Notes under the pieces: model-generated | Databases searched by the model: none | Told to the model about the DNA's origin: nothing | The model's input: the letters and a program-made list of their open reading frames with translations, nothing else | Assembly: GCA_963715585.1 (NCBI GenBank) | Contig: OY970254.1 | Coordinates: 4,039,227-4,103,226, forward strand | DNA: 64,000 bases | Origin: an uncultured Chitinophagaceae bacterium | GTDB lineage: Bacteria > Bacteroidota > Bacteroidia > Chitinophagales > Chitinophagaceae | Direction of reading: 5' to 3' | Translations under genes and position numbers: made by a program | Shown here: piece by piece, positions 37,059-46,642 of the stretch | How positions within the stretch are numbered: the stretch's first letter is position 1 | Layout: every line of letters starts with the position of its first letter

Positions 37059-38093
37059 TTAACTTATCACCCAGGTCTCATTCCCCTTCAATAATTTATC
37101 CAGATCGCCTTTACCTTTTTTAGCGATCACGTCTTCAATCTGCATCGCCATGCCGTCTTCGTAACAAGCTCTTTCGGTTTCATAAAAAACACCAAATGGC
37201 CTTGGCAAATGACCTTCCAGTCTTGGATCATCAAACATGCGTATCAATATCTGTGCTTTGTAAAAATCCTTTTCATCGTGCATCCACAAATCATCTGTTG
37301 AAGCACCTTCGGCCAGGTCAACAATTACCGGTTTAAATCCATCTAATTTAATTCCTTTGTTATTGGTTGCACCAAAAACCAATGGTTTGCCCTGCTCTAA
37401 AAACAATACTTCATCGGGCTTGGTCTTCTTCTCTGTAAATATTTCAAAAGCGCCATCATTAAAAATGTTGCAGTTCTGGTATATTTCTAAAAAAGATGCT
37501 CCTTTATGTAATTGCGAACGCAACAACATTGCCTGAAGGTGTTTCGGGTCTCTGTCCATGGTACGGGCAATAAAACTAGCCTCGGCACCCATGGCTAATG
37601 CCAGAGGATTGAACGGGTGGTCAATACTGCCAAAAGGAGAACTCTTGGTTACTTTATTTTCTTCGGATGTTGGAGAATACTGCCCCTTGGTTAAACCATA
37701 TATCTGGTTGTTGAACAGCATAATATTCACGTCAAAATTGCGGCGTAATAAATGAATGGTATGATTACCACCAATACTCAATCCGTCGCCATCACCGGTA
37801 ACTATCCAAACACTCAGTTCGGGCCGGGCAGCTTTTAAGCCACTGGCAACAGCAGTTGCACGACCATGAATACTGTGCATGCCGTAGGTATTCATATAAT
37901 ACGGAAAGCGGCTGCTGCAGCCGATACCGCTTATGATCACAATGTTTTCTCTGGGAATGCCCAGCGTGGGCATAATTTTTTGTACCTGTGCCAGGATGGA
38001 ATAATCTCCGCATCCGGGGCACCAGCGTACTTCCTGGTCGGTTACAAAATCTTTGGCGGTAAGGGGTGGCAAGCTCGTTACTGTATCACTCAT
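37059..38093 (-). CDS. korB: 2-oxoacid:ferredoxin oxidoreductase beta subunit (TPP-binding)
   Basis: 344 aa. WCPGCGDY motif and GDGD TPP motif. Confidence 0.85.
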   Translation of the reverse strand: MSDTVTSLPPLTAKDFVTDQEVRWCPGCGDYSILAQVQKIMPTLGIPRENIVIISGIGCSSRFPYYMNTYGMHSIHGRATAVASGLKAARPELSVWIVTGDGDGLSIGGNHTIHLLRRNFDVNIMLFNNQIYGLTKGQYSPTSEENKVTKSSPFGSIDHPFNPLALAMGAEASFIARTMDRDPKHLQAMLLRSQLHKGASFLEIYQNCNIFNDGAFEIFTEKKTKPDEVLFLEQGKPLVFGATNNKGIKLDGFKPVIVDLAEGASTDDLWMHDEKDFYKAQILIRMFDDPRLEGHLPRPFGVFYETERACYEDGMAMQIEDVIAKKGKGDLDKLLKGNETWVIS

Positions 38094-38185
38094 AGTTTAA
38101 AATATTGAGGGCTAAAGTTACTGAAAATAAATACTCAGTGAGCAATGATATCAATCATCCGTATAGCTGCCTGAAATCTGTATGG

Positions 38186-38266
38186 ATTTCACGCAGAGGC
38201 CGCAGGGAATCCGGGATCGCTGAGTCACTTTGCGTTCTCTGCTGCTTTGCGTCCTCTGCGTGAAAT
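38186..38266. repeat. Palindromic intergenic element (CACGCAGAGG / CGCAAAG words)
   Basis: 14-bp perfect arms ATTTCACGCAGAGG (38186-38199) and CCTCTGCGTGAAAT (38253-38266). Abuts the stop of the upstream gene. Confidence 0.55.
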
Positions 38267-38267
38267 T

Positions 38268-38615
38268 TTATTCAACATTCGTCAATTCTTCCCAATACTC
38301 AGCAGCTCTTCTCGTATGTGGTATTACGATCGTTCCGCCCACAATATTTGCCACGGCAAATACCTCATACATCTGCTCAGTGAAAATTCCCAGCTCATGC
38401 GATTTGCCTAAGTGATATTTTATACAATCATCACAACGCAAAACCATGCTTGCTACAAGGCCCAGCAATTCCTTGGTCTTTACATCCAGTGCGCCTTCGG
38501 CATAGGTGTTGGTATCCAGGTTCCATAATCTTTTTATAACCAGGTTCTCTTTACTAAGAATCACTTCATTCATCCTGGTGCGGTATTCGTTAAATTCGTT
38601 TACTAAGTTGCTCAT
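38268..38615 (-). CDS. Carboxymuconolactone decarboxylase (AhpD-like) family protein
   Basis: LDVKTKELLGLVASMVLRCDDCIKYH is a CMD-type CxxC motif. ATG at 38615 preferred. Confidence 0.75.
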   Translation of the reverse strand: MSNLVNEFNEYRTRMNEVILSKENLVIKRLWNLDTNTYAEGALDVKTKELLGLVASMVLRCDDCIKYHLGKSHELGIFTEQMYEVFAVANIVGGTIVIPHTRRAAEYWEELTNVE

Positions 38616-38638
38616 GTGTTTTATTATTAAGTGAAATA

Positions 38639-38646
38639 CAAAGTTA
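38639..38646 (-). promoter_or_regulatory. -7 promoter box (TAACTTTG on the minus strand)
   Basis: CAAAGTTA on the plus strand, 24 nt upstream of the start at 38615. Confidence 0.35.
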
Positions 38647-38704
38647 AACCCGGCATGCATATATTGATGAAACTGTTATAAATTGGCACAGCTTAAACAA
38701 CTGC

Positions 38705-40165
38705 ATGAAGGAACTCTTCAAAAAATATAAAAAAGAAGCTGCCTTACTTACCGGGCTGGTATTATGCCTGTTCTTCTTTTTTGTAAACCCGCTGGCACTC
38801 GGCTATAAGGCAAACCTGGTACTGGCTATTGCAGCCTTAATGATAAGCTGGTGGGTGCTGGATGCCATGCCGCTGGCTGTGGTGGCATTGGTGCCCATCG
38901 TTTTGTTTCCGCTGCTTAATATCAGTTCGTTAAAAGAAGTAACCAAATCATATTCTGACAGCATCATCTTTTTGTTCATGGGTGGTTTCTTTATTGGCAT
39001 TGCCATTGAAAAATGGAACCTGCACAAACGTATTGCACTAGGTATTATTAATATTACAGGCACCAATGGTAACCGCATCATTTTAGGCTTTATTATTGCC
39101 ACTGGCTTTTTAAGCATGTGGCTCAGCAATACCGCCACCACCATGATGATGTTTCCGATCGCCATGTCGGTGATACATGTAATTGCCACACACAACAAAG
39201 AAAGTACCGGCATTAAAAATTTCTCACTGGTGCTTATGCTCAGCATTGCCTATGCATCCAACTTTGCACTGGGCACCATTATCGGCACACCACCTAATGT
39301 TGCCTATGTAAATTATATACACGAAAAATTCAACTACACTATTGGTTTTACCGACTGGATGATCGTATTTACACCGCTTACCATTGTACTGCTTTTTATG
39401 TTGTATTGGGTATTGGTAAAATTTCTTTTCCCCAACAGAATAAAACATAGTGTTGAGGGAAAGAGTTATATCAAAGCAGAATTAAAAGCATTGGGCAAAT
39501 TATCTGCACCCGAAAAAAGAGTGTTGCTTGTTTTTATCTTTACTGTTTTTTTATGGATAACCAAAGATATTATCAACAGCCTGCAAAAAATGGTTGTGCT
39601 GGATGATACCATCATTGCCATGATTGGTGCAATTGCTTTATTCATCATCCCATCGGGCAATAAAAAAGAAGCCAGGGAAGAACGCCTGCTCGACTGGCCC
39701 GATACCGGCAAAATGGCCTGGGGCATTTTATTGTTATTCGGTGGCGGTATTGCACTGGCAAAGGCTTTGGAAGATGTAAAACTGATGGACCAGCTGGGTA
39801 CTTATATTGCTTCTTATGCAACAGACAATACTTTTTTGATGATACTGATCGTTACTACCTTCTCTATTTTTTTAAGCGAAGTAATGAGCAATGTGGCGCA
39901 GGTGATTGTAATGGCACCGGTTATTTCATCTGTTGCAGTGGCACTGCACATGGACCCGCTTTTATTGGGTATTCCCATGACACTGGGCGCCAGTTGTGCC
40001 AGTATGTTGCCCATGGGCACACCGCCCAATGCCATTGTTTTTGCCAGCGGCCATATTAAAATGAAAGACATGATCAAAGCCGGTCTTGTGCTCAACATTG
40101 TCTGCATTATTTTAATTACACTGTTCTGCTGGTTACTGCAACCAATGATCATGCGGTTGATGTAA
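38705..40165 (+). CDS. SLC13/DASS-family anion (sulfate/di-tricarboxylate):Na+ symporter
   Basis: 486 aa, polytopic. Paired SNTAT and SNVAQ hairpin motifs. Confidence 0.85.
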   Translation: MKELFKKYKKEAALLTGLVLCLFFFFVNPLALGYKANLVLAIAALMISWWVLDAMPLAVVALVPIVLFPLLNISSLKEVTKSYSDSIIFLFMGGFFIGIAIEKWNLHKRIALGIINITGTNGNRIILGFIIATGFLSMWLSNTATTMMMFPIAMSVIHVIATHNKESTGIKNFSLVLMLSIAYASNFALGTIIGTPPNVAYVNYIHEKFNYTIGFTDWMIVFTPLTIVLLFMLYWVLVKFLFPNRIKHSVEGKSYIKAELKALGKLSAPEKRVLLVFIFTVFLWITKDIINSLQKMVVLDDTIIAMIGAIALFIIPSGNKKEAREERLLDWPDTGKMAWGILLLFGGGIALAKALEDVKLMDQLGTYIASYATDNTFLMILIVTTFSIFLSEVMSNVAQVIVMAPVISSVAVALHMDPLLLGIPMTLGASCASMLPMGTPPNAIVFASGHIKMKDMIKAGLVLNIVCIILITLFCWLLQPMIMRLM

Positions 40166-40185
40166 TAATCTTTCTTCTAAAATAA

Positions 40186-40274
40186 CTTGTGCGCTTTGTG
40201 CTGTATCCCTTAGTGAACTTAGTGGTTAATTTTTACCACAAAGAACACGAAGGTGATCACAAAGCACACAAAGG
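40186..40274. repeat. REP/MITE-like long imperfect palindrome (CACAAAG-word family), copy A
   Basis: CTTTGTG/CTTAGTG words on the left arm mirror CACAAAG words on the right, around GTGGTTAATTTTTACCAC. Related to the copy at 43256-43348. Confidence 0.65.
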
Positions 40275-40331
40275 TGTTCTGCACATTGTGTTTCTTTATT
40301 TGTAATTTTCGGATAATTAATACCAACAGTT

Positions 40332-43250
40332 ATGAGATCATTATCATTGAAACCCTTTTTTATTGCAATTCTTTTGTTGCAATCCTTTAATTCCATTGCA
40401 CAAAACTTTGATGCAAAATATTATAATGCCATGCAGTGGCGCTGCATTGGTCCGCACCGCGGCGGACGAACCGTTGGTGCCGTGGGTGTTCCATCGCAAC
40501 CCAATGTGTTTTACATTGGCGTGAACAATGGTGGTGTGTGGAAGACCACTGATTTTGGCCGCACCTGGAAACCCATTTTTGATGACCAGCCCACCGGCAG
40601 TATTGGCGATATTGTAGTCTCTCCTTCAAACCCAAATGTAATTTATGTGGGCAGTGGCGAAGGCCTGCAGCGGCCAGACCTGAGCGTTGGTGATGGTATT
40701 TACAAATCAACCGATGGAGGAAAGACCTGGATAAATACCGGATTGAAAGAAGCACAGCAAATTGGCGGTCTGGCCATCGACCCAAAAAATGAGAACCGTG
40801 TTTTTGCTGCAGCACTCGGCCATCCTTATGGCCCCAATACCGAACGTGGTGTGTACAGAACAACAGATGGCGGAAAAACATGGGAACGTGTTTTATATAA
40901 AGATGAAAACACCGGCGCCATACAGGTTACCATCGACCCCAATAACAGCAATATTGTGTATGCAGATATGTGGGCAGGCAGGCAGGGCCCATGGGAAAAC
41001 GGCGCATGGAACGGAAAGGAAAGCGGCCTGTTTAAAAGTACTGATGGTGGTACCACCTGGAAAAAATTAACAACCGGATTGCCAACAACTGAACAAGGCC
41101 TGGGAAGAATTGGTTTTTGTATTGCCCCATCAAACAGCAACCGGTTGTATGCAACCGTTGATGCCGGAAAATATGGTGGCATTTACCGCAGCGATGATGC
41201 CGGCGAAAGCTGGCAAATGGCCAACCCCGATGAAAGGCTTTGGGGAAGAGGCAGTGACTTTGCAGAAGTAAAAGCCGATCCTAAAAATGCAGATATTGTT
41301 TACACCGCTGATGTGGTTACCTGGAAAAGTGTGGATGGCGGAAAAACATGGTCGGCCTTTCGTGGTGCGCCTGGTGGCGATGATTACCACCGCATCTGGA
41401 TAAATCCGGATAACAGTAATATCATGCTGATCGCAAGCGACCAGGGTGCCGTTATTACTGTGAATGGCGGAGAAACTTTTTCATCATGGTACAATCAACC
41501 TACCGCCCAGTTTTATCATGTTAGTGCCGATAATGATTTTCCGTACAATGTGTACAGCGGCCAGCAGGAAAGCGGCAGCGTATGTATTACTTCAAGAGGC
41601 AATGATGGACAAATTACTTATCGTGAATGGCACCCTGTAGCTGCAGAAGAATATGGTTATGTAGTTGCCGATCCGCTGAATCCGAATCTTGTTTATGGTG
41701 GAAAAATTTCACGCTACGATAAAAGAAACGGACAATCACAAAACATTGCACCCGAAGCAGTGCGTAGCGGCAAGTACCGTTTTTTAAGAACAGCCCCGGT
41801 ACTCTTTAATCCTATTGATAAAAAAACTTTGTACTATGCCGGTAATGTTTTGTTTAAAACAATGGATGGCGGCAACAAATGGGATATCATCAGTCCGGAC
41901 CTGAGCAGAGAAAGCTGGGATATACCTGCTGCCGTTGGTATTTACACAAAAGAAGAAATGAAGAAGATGCCACGCCGTGGTGTTATTTATACCGTTGCGC
42001 CGTCTTATGTTGATATCAATACCATTTGGTGCGGTACAGATGATGGACTGATACATGTAACGAAAGATGGCGGTAAAACATGGACCAATGTAACACCGCC
42101 TGCCATCAGCAGCTGGAGCAAGGTTTCATTGATGGATGCCAGCCATACCAATGCCAACACCGCTTATGCTGCTGTAAACCGCATTCGCTGTGACGACCAG
42201 CGCCCACATATTTATAAAACAACCGATGGCGGAAAGACCTGGACAGAAATTGTAAACGGTTTACCCAACGATCCCATCAATGTAGTTAAAGAAGATCCGG
42301 TAAGAAAAGGATTATTGTTTGCCGGCAGCGAAAGAGCCGTGTATGTTTCTTTTGATGATGGTGCCAACTGGCAAAGTCTGCGATTGAACATGCCGGCAAC
42401 ATCCATCAGAGATTTAGTTATTAAGGATGATGACCTGGTAATTGGTACGCATGGCCGCAGTTTTTGGATACTGGATGATATTACGCCGTTGCGCCAAATG
42501 TATAACCAGCTGCTAAACCAACCGGCCATTTTATTTAAACCGCAAACTGCCTGGCGTGTAAGATGGAGCATGTATCCCGATACACCCGTGCCACCCGATG
42601 AACCCGCCGGACAAAATCCACCTGATGGCGCTATTATCAATTATTATCTGGGCAGTAATGCATCAAATGTTGAGTTAGATATTTTAGATGGTAAAGGAAC
42701 GGTAATTCACAAATATTCATCAACCGACACGTTGTATACCATACCGCCCAACAATGTACCTGCTTACTGGATAAGGCCACAGCAGATACTTTCAGGCCAA
42801 GCAGGTGCTCATCGTTTTATGTGGGATATGCATTACCAGCCGCTGAATGTGCCGCCTTCTTATCCTATTTCAGCAACGCCCATGAACACGGCACCCGATC
42901 CTACATCGCCCTGGGTAATGCCCGGAATGTACACGGTAAGAATAATTGCAGATGGTAAAAAATACGAACAGCCACTTACTGTAAAGATGGATCCCCGTGT
43001 AAAAACAAGTGTGAAAGATTTAACGCTTCAGCACGATCTTAGTTTAACCTGTTACAATTACATAAAAAAATGTATGGCTGATGTAAATACCATAACCGAT
43101 AAAGACAAGCTTGCAGCAGTTCGTAAATCTTTAGGCAGTTTTACTGCTTTACAAAACACATTGCAGGATGGAGATTGGCCACCAACCACGCAGATGATAA
43201 AAGCGGTAAATGAAACAGTTGCTGCTTATGAAGCGATGATGAAAAAATAA
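40332..43250 (+). CDS. Secreted BNR/sortilin-Vps10-type repeat protein (glycoside-hydrolase-like beta-propellers)
   Basis: 972 aa. Signal peptide and many S/TxDGGxTW motifs. Confidence 0.8.
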   Translation: MRSLSLKPFFIAILLLQSFNSIAQNFDAKYYNAMQWRCIGPHRGGRTVGAVGVPSQPNVFYIGVNNGGVWKTTDFGRTWKPIFDDQPTGSIGDIVVSPSNPNVIYVGSGEGLQRPDLSVGDGIYKSTDGGKTWINTGLKEAQQIGGLAIDPKNENRVFAAALGHPYGPNTERGVYRTTDGGKTWERVLYKDENTGAIQVTIDPNNSNIVYADMWAGRQGPWENGAWNGKESGLFKSTDGGTTWKKLTTGLPTTEQGLGRIGFCIAPSNSNRLYATVDAGKYGGIYRSDDAGESWQMANPDERLWGRGSDFAEVKADPKNADIVYTADVVTWKSVDGGKTWSAFRGAPGGDDYHRIWINPDNSNIMLIASDQGAVITVNGGETFSSWYNQPTAQFYHVSADNDFPYNVYSGQQESGSVCITSRGNDGQITYREWHPVAAEEYGYVVADPLNPNLVYGGKISRYDKRNGQSQNIAPEAVRSGKYRFLRTAPVLFNPIDKKTLYYAGNVLFKTMDGGNKWDIISPDLSRESWDIPAAVGIYTKEEMKKMPRRGVIYTVAPSYVDINTIWCGTDDGLIHVTKDGGKTWTNVTPPAISSWSKVSLMDASHTNANTAYAAVNRIRCDDQRPHIYKTTDGGKTWTEIVNGLPNDPINVVKEDPVRKGLLFAGSERAVYVSFDDGANWQSLRLNMPATSIRDLVIKDDDLVIGTHGRSFWILDDITPLRQMYNQLLNQPAILFKPQTAWRVRWSMYPDTPVPPDEPAGQNPPDGAIINYYLGSNASNVELDILDGKGTVIHKYSSTDTLYTIPPNNVPAYWIRPQQILSGQAGAHRFMWDMHYQPLNVPPSYPISATPMNTAPDPTSPWVMPGMYTVRIIADGKKYEQPLTVKMDPRVKTSVKDLTLQHDLSLTCYNYIKKCMADVNTITDKDKLAAVRKSLGSFTALQNTLQDGDWPPTTQMIKAVNETVAAYEAMMKK

Positions 43251-43255
43251 AATTT

Positions 43256-43348
43256 CTTTGTGCTCTTTGTGATAAACTTAGTGTTCTTTGTGGTTAATTT
43301 TTTTTACCACAAAGAACACTGAGGAGGAAAACACAAAGGACACAAAGG
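43256..43348. repeat. REP/MITE-like long imperfect palindrome (CACAAAG-word family), copy B
   Basis: GTGTTCTTTGTGGTTAA-TTTTTT-TTACCACAAAGAACAC core with flanking CTTTGTG / CACAAAG words. Fills the convergent gap. Confidence 0.65.
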
Positions 43349-43349
43349 T

Positions 43350-45083
43350 TTACTTCTTACAACTCTCCAGGAAATCCTTGATACCCTGCACAATCTTTTC
43401 TGCAATTTGTTGCTGAAAATTCTCGTCCAGTATTTTCATTTCATCTTCTGGATTGCTGAGGAACAAGGTTTCTACCAATGCATTGGGATATTCAATGGGG
43501 CTGTTAAGCATAAAATTAAAACTGCCGTTATTGCCATTGTCTTTCAGGTCCAGCTCCAGCATGTGTTTATGAATGGCATTGCTTAAATTTCTAAAACCAA
43601 TATAGCGGTAAAAACTGCTGGTGCCTTTTACCCGTATCGGGTCAACGGTTGAATTGAGGTGAATGCTTATCAGCAGATCGGGCACACTATCCCGGTAAAA
43701 TAAAATGCGTTCTTTATTATCAACAAATTTTTCTGTTGTTCTTGTCATAATCACTTTTGCACCGGACTGCTCCAACAGCTTTTGCAGTTTTAATGAAACC
43801 GTCAGTGTAAGCATTTTTTCTGATGAACCTGTTGGCCCGCCGGCACCGGTATTGCTGCCGCCATGGCCTGCATCTACTGCAATGGTTAAATGTTGAAGGT
43901 CTAATTTTTCGGGCTGCCTTTTTACTTTTATCACCAGGGTATTGCCTTTGTAATAAATACTGTGGCCCCAGTGCTGTGCATGTTTCAGTTCAATGGTAAT
44001 GCGAAAGATCTCATCTTCTACCTGCTCGTAGGTTACATTTTTTATCTCCTTTGTGTTTTCCAGTTGTGTAATCCAGTTGGTATTGTTGGTGGCGCCAAAA
44101 ACATCCACTACAATTTTTGATGGATCAACCAATTGAAAACTCTGATAAGGCAATCGTGCAAGCAAACCCAGCTGTACGTAATCAAAAGCACTGTCGCCAT
44201 AAACCGTCCACCTGTCGGTGAGGGATTCGGGTGTAAAACTTCCCTTGGGTAAAAACTCCACCGCATCATCATCAATAAAAGCTGTGCGGTATTTGCTAAG
44301 GCGCACTTTGTACTGGCTGCCCACTTTACCAACTATGTTCAGTAAAACCATCGAATCTACATAACCGATTTTTGCACCGCCCAGTCTGTCATTGCCCAGG
44401 CCATACAGCAAATGTGCAAGCCTGCCTTTTGTTACAGCAATATTGGGCGCCAGCGGACCAAACATGCTCACCCAGTATTTTGTTTGTTTTGTAACAGCCT
44501 TACCTGTTTTGTCTGTAATGATTACGGGTATTTTGCTTACCAAAAAACTATCTGTTTCCTTTACCACATACTCGCCCTGGTAAATGCCGGGCATTTTATT
44601 ATTGGGCATTTCGTACAGCGGAATATTGCCGTTTGCAAAAACAGTACAGCCCGTCAATGCTTTTACTTTAAACTTTATTTTGTCGCCGGGCATTACAAAT
44701 AAATTGCCTTCGGGAAAAGTTTCTATCGTTGCAATATCCAGTGTCTTTACCGTATCGGGTGGGGGCGGCAATGTATAATTATAGTTTAGTTTTTTGTTGG
44801 CTGATTTATCCGGTGCGGTAAAAGCGATCAGATTAAAAACTGTATCGCCGGGTTTTAAATTCAGCTCATAAGCAAAGGCACCGGTTGGATACACTTTTAC
44901 TGCTGCACCATTAATAGTAAGGTTGCATGTTTTACAGGTGCTGCCAACTACAAACTGGCGTGCTGCTTTTACATTGATGTCTGTTTTGGTTGGCTCTACC
45001 AGTTTTATAAAAGGCTTATCGGTTGTTTGTGCAAAAGAAAAAATGCCAAACAGTAAAAAAGGAATGATCAATAAAAATTTCAT
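43350..45083 (-). CDS. N-acetylmuramoyl-L-alanine amidase (Amidase_3) with large N-terminal beta-rich region
   Basis: C-terminal IAVDAGHGG...EK...H motifs. ATG at 45083 preferred. Confidence 0.8.
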   Translation of the reverse strand: MKFLLIIPFLLFGIFSFAQTTDKPFIKLVEPTKTDINVKAARQFVVGSTCKTCNLTINGAAVKVYPTGAFAYELNLKPGDTVFNLIAFTAPDKSANKKLNYNYTLPPPPDTVKTLDIATIETFPEGNLFVMPGDKIKFKVKALTGCTVFANGNIPLYEMPNNKMPGIYQGEYVVKETDSFLVSKIPVIITDKTGKAVTKQTKYWVSMFGPLAPNIAVTKGRLAHLLYGLGNDRLGGAKIGYVDSMVLLNIVGKVGSQYKVRLSKYRTAFIDDDAVEFLPKGSFTPESLTDRWTVYGDSAFDYVQLGLLARLPYQSFQLVDPSKIVVDVFGATNNTNWITQLENTKEIKNVTYEQVEDEIFRITIELKHAQHWGHSIYYKGNTLVIKVKRQPEKLDLQHLTIAVDAGHGGSNTGAGGPTGSSEKMLTLTVSLKLQKLLEQSGAKVIMTRTTEKFVDNKERILFYRDSVPDLLISIHLNSTVDPIRVKGTSSFYRYIGFRNLSNAIHKHMLELDLKDNGNNGSFNFMLNSPIEYPNALVETLFLSNPEDEMKILDENFQQQIAEKIVQGIKDFLESCKK

Positions 45084-45214
45084 AGTGGAAAGATAAATCA
45101 ATTTAAAATTCAGTCTTTGAATTGCCCGGTTTACTTCTTTTCAGTTTATTGATAAAAATACTGTTTAACACAGCTTTATTATCCGGGTTCATCTGAATTA
45201 GCCCTGTTAATCGC

Positions 45215-45222
45215 TACTTTTG
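45215..45222 (+). promoter_or_regulatory. -7 promoter box TACTTTTG
   Basis: 19 nt upstream of the ATG at 45242. Confidence 0.4.
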
Positions 45223-45241
45223 TTACTGTAAAATAAATCCC

Positions 45242-46477
45242 ATGCAGATAAAAATATTTTTGATTTCCGTAACCACGTTGATCACTTCTTTCGCCACTGG
45301 TTGCGATTATAACAACGGGAAGAATGTAAACAATAACAATGCCGATACCTTATTGCCACCTGTGGAAACAAAGAACCCCAATACAGATTATAAACCTGCA
45401 TTTGAAGGGCAAACAAGAATTACCGGTATTAAAACCAACACGGCTTATACCGTTGATAAACTTAACGAAAACACGGGCATACCCTGGGCTATTGCGCCCA
45501 TGCCCGACGGGCGGTTGCTGATAACAGACAAAAGGGGGTACATGCAGATTTTTGATGCCAATGGAACCCTTGTAAAAAAAATAACCGGCTTCCCGGAAGT
45601 GGATTATATTGGCCAGGGCGGTATGCTGGATGTAGCGCTTGACCCTGCTTTTACAACCAATAAAATGATCTATTGGACCTATGCCGAAAAATATAATGGC
45701 GGCAACCTGATGGCCGTAGCCAAAGGAAGGCTGGATGAAGCCAATGCTGTAATCCAGGAACCGGTAGTTATTTTCAGGGCTACGCCTGCATTAAGCAGTG
45801 GATTACATTTTGGTTCACGCCTCATCTTTGATAAAGATGGTTATCTTTTTGTTGGTACGGGCGAACGGTCCATTATGATGGGCAGGCCACAGGCTCAGTT
45901 GCTGAACTCGGGCCTGGGAAAGATCTTTAAAATTACCAAAGATGGAAAACCGGCACCCGGCAACCCCTTCAGTAATCAAAAAGATGCCATGCCCGAGATC
46001 TACGCTTTGGGCATCCGCAATTGCCAGAGCCTGGATATACACCCGGAAACGGGCCAGCTTTGGGAAGCTGAATTTGGTCCCCGTGGCGGCGACGAACTGA
46101 ACATCATTCAACCCGGAAAAAATTATGGCTGGCCTGTGATCACTTATGGCATTGAATATAATGGCCGTAAAATTGGTGAAGCCATGCAACAAAAAGAAGG
46201 CATGGTACAGCCCGTTTATTACTGGGATCCGGTACTATCGCCGGGCGGAATGGCTTTTTACAAAGGCAACGCCATACCCGAATGGAAAAACAGCCTGTTT
46301 ATATGCGGCCTCAGCAGCCAGCACATTGCCCGCCTGGTAATTAAAAACGATAAAGTAACAGGCGAAGAAAGATTACTGGCCGATAAAGGCGAACGGTTCC
46401 GTGATATTGCATATTATAAAGAAATGCTGTACACGGTAACTGACAAAGGAAGCTTATACAGGATAAGCAGGCAGTAA
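45242..46477 (+). CDS. PQQ-dependent sugar (glucose/sorbosone) dehydrogenase, lipoprotein
   Basis: 411 aa. Lipobox (FATGC). GSDH-type motifs (HFGSRLIFD, GIRNCQS, NYGWP). Confidence 0.85.
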   Translation: MQIKIFLISVTTLITSFATGCDYNNGKNVNNNNADTLLPPVETKNPNTDYKPAFEGQTRITGIKTNTAYTVDKLNENTGIPWAIAPMPDGRLLITDKRGYMQIFDANGTLVKKITGFPEVDYIGQGGMLDVALDPAFTTNKMIYWTYAEKYNGGNLMAVAKGRLDEANAVIQEPVVIFRATPALSSGLHFGSRLIFDKDGYLFVGTGERSIMMGRPQAQLLNSGLGKIFKITKDGKPAPGNPFSNQKDAMPEIYALGIRNCQSLDIHPETGQLWEAEFGPRGGDELNIIQPGKNYGWPVITYGIEYNGRKIGEAMQQKEGMVQPVYYWDPVLSPGGMAFYKGNAIPEWKNSLFICGLSSQHIARLVIKNDKVTGEERLLADKGERFRDIAYYKEMLYTVTDKGSLYRISRQ

Positions 46478-46526
46478 TTACAAATGACATTTCAAACTTA
46501 CATCAACCAGCTGTTTATAAACCTGT

Positions 46527-46560
46527 TTATATAATCCCCGCATATTTTATATAATCCCCA
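46527..46560 (+). promoter_or_regulatory. Two perfect 14-bp direct repeats TTTATATAATCCCC spaced 20 bp apart
   Basis: 46527-46540 and 46547-46560, about 85 nt upstream of the beta-barrel gene. Confidence 0.4.
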
Positions 46561-46642
46561 CTTATTTGTCCCAATAACAGATATCGGCATAAATTATGCT
46601 AATGCCCTTGTATTAATTATTTAAAAAACTAATCAAGGAATT

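Noticed and set aside
40387-42640. Several 86-164-aa ORFs antisense or out of frame within the BNR-repeat gene
   Set aside because: They are embedded in a 972-aa ORF with clear repeated SxDGGxTW motifs and are compositional artefacts.
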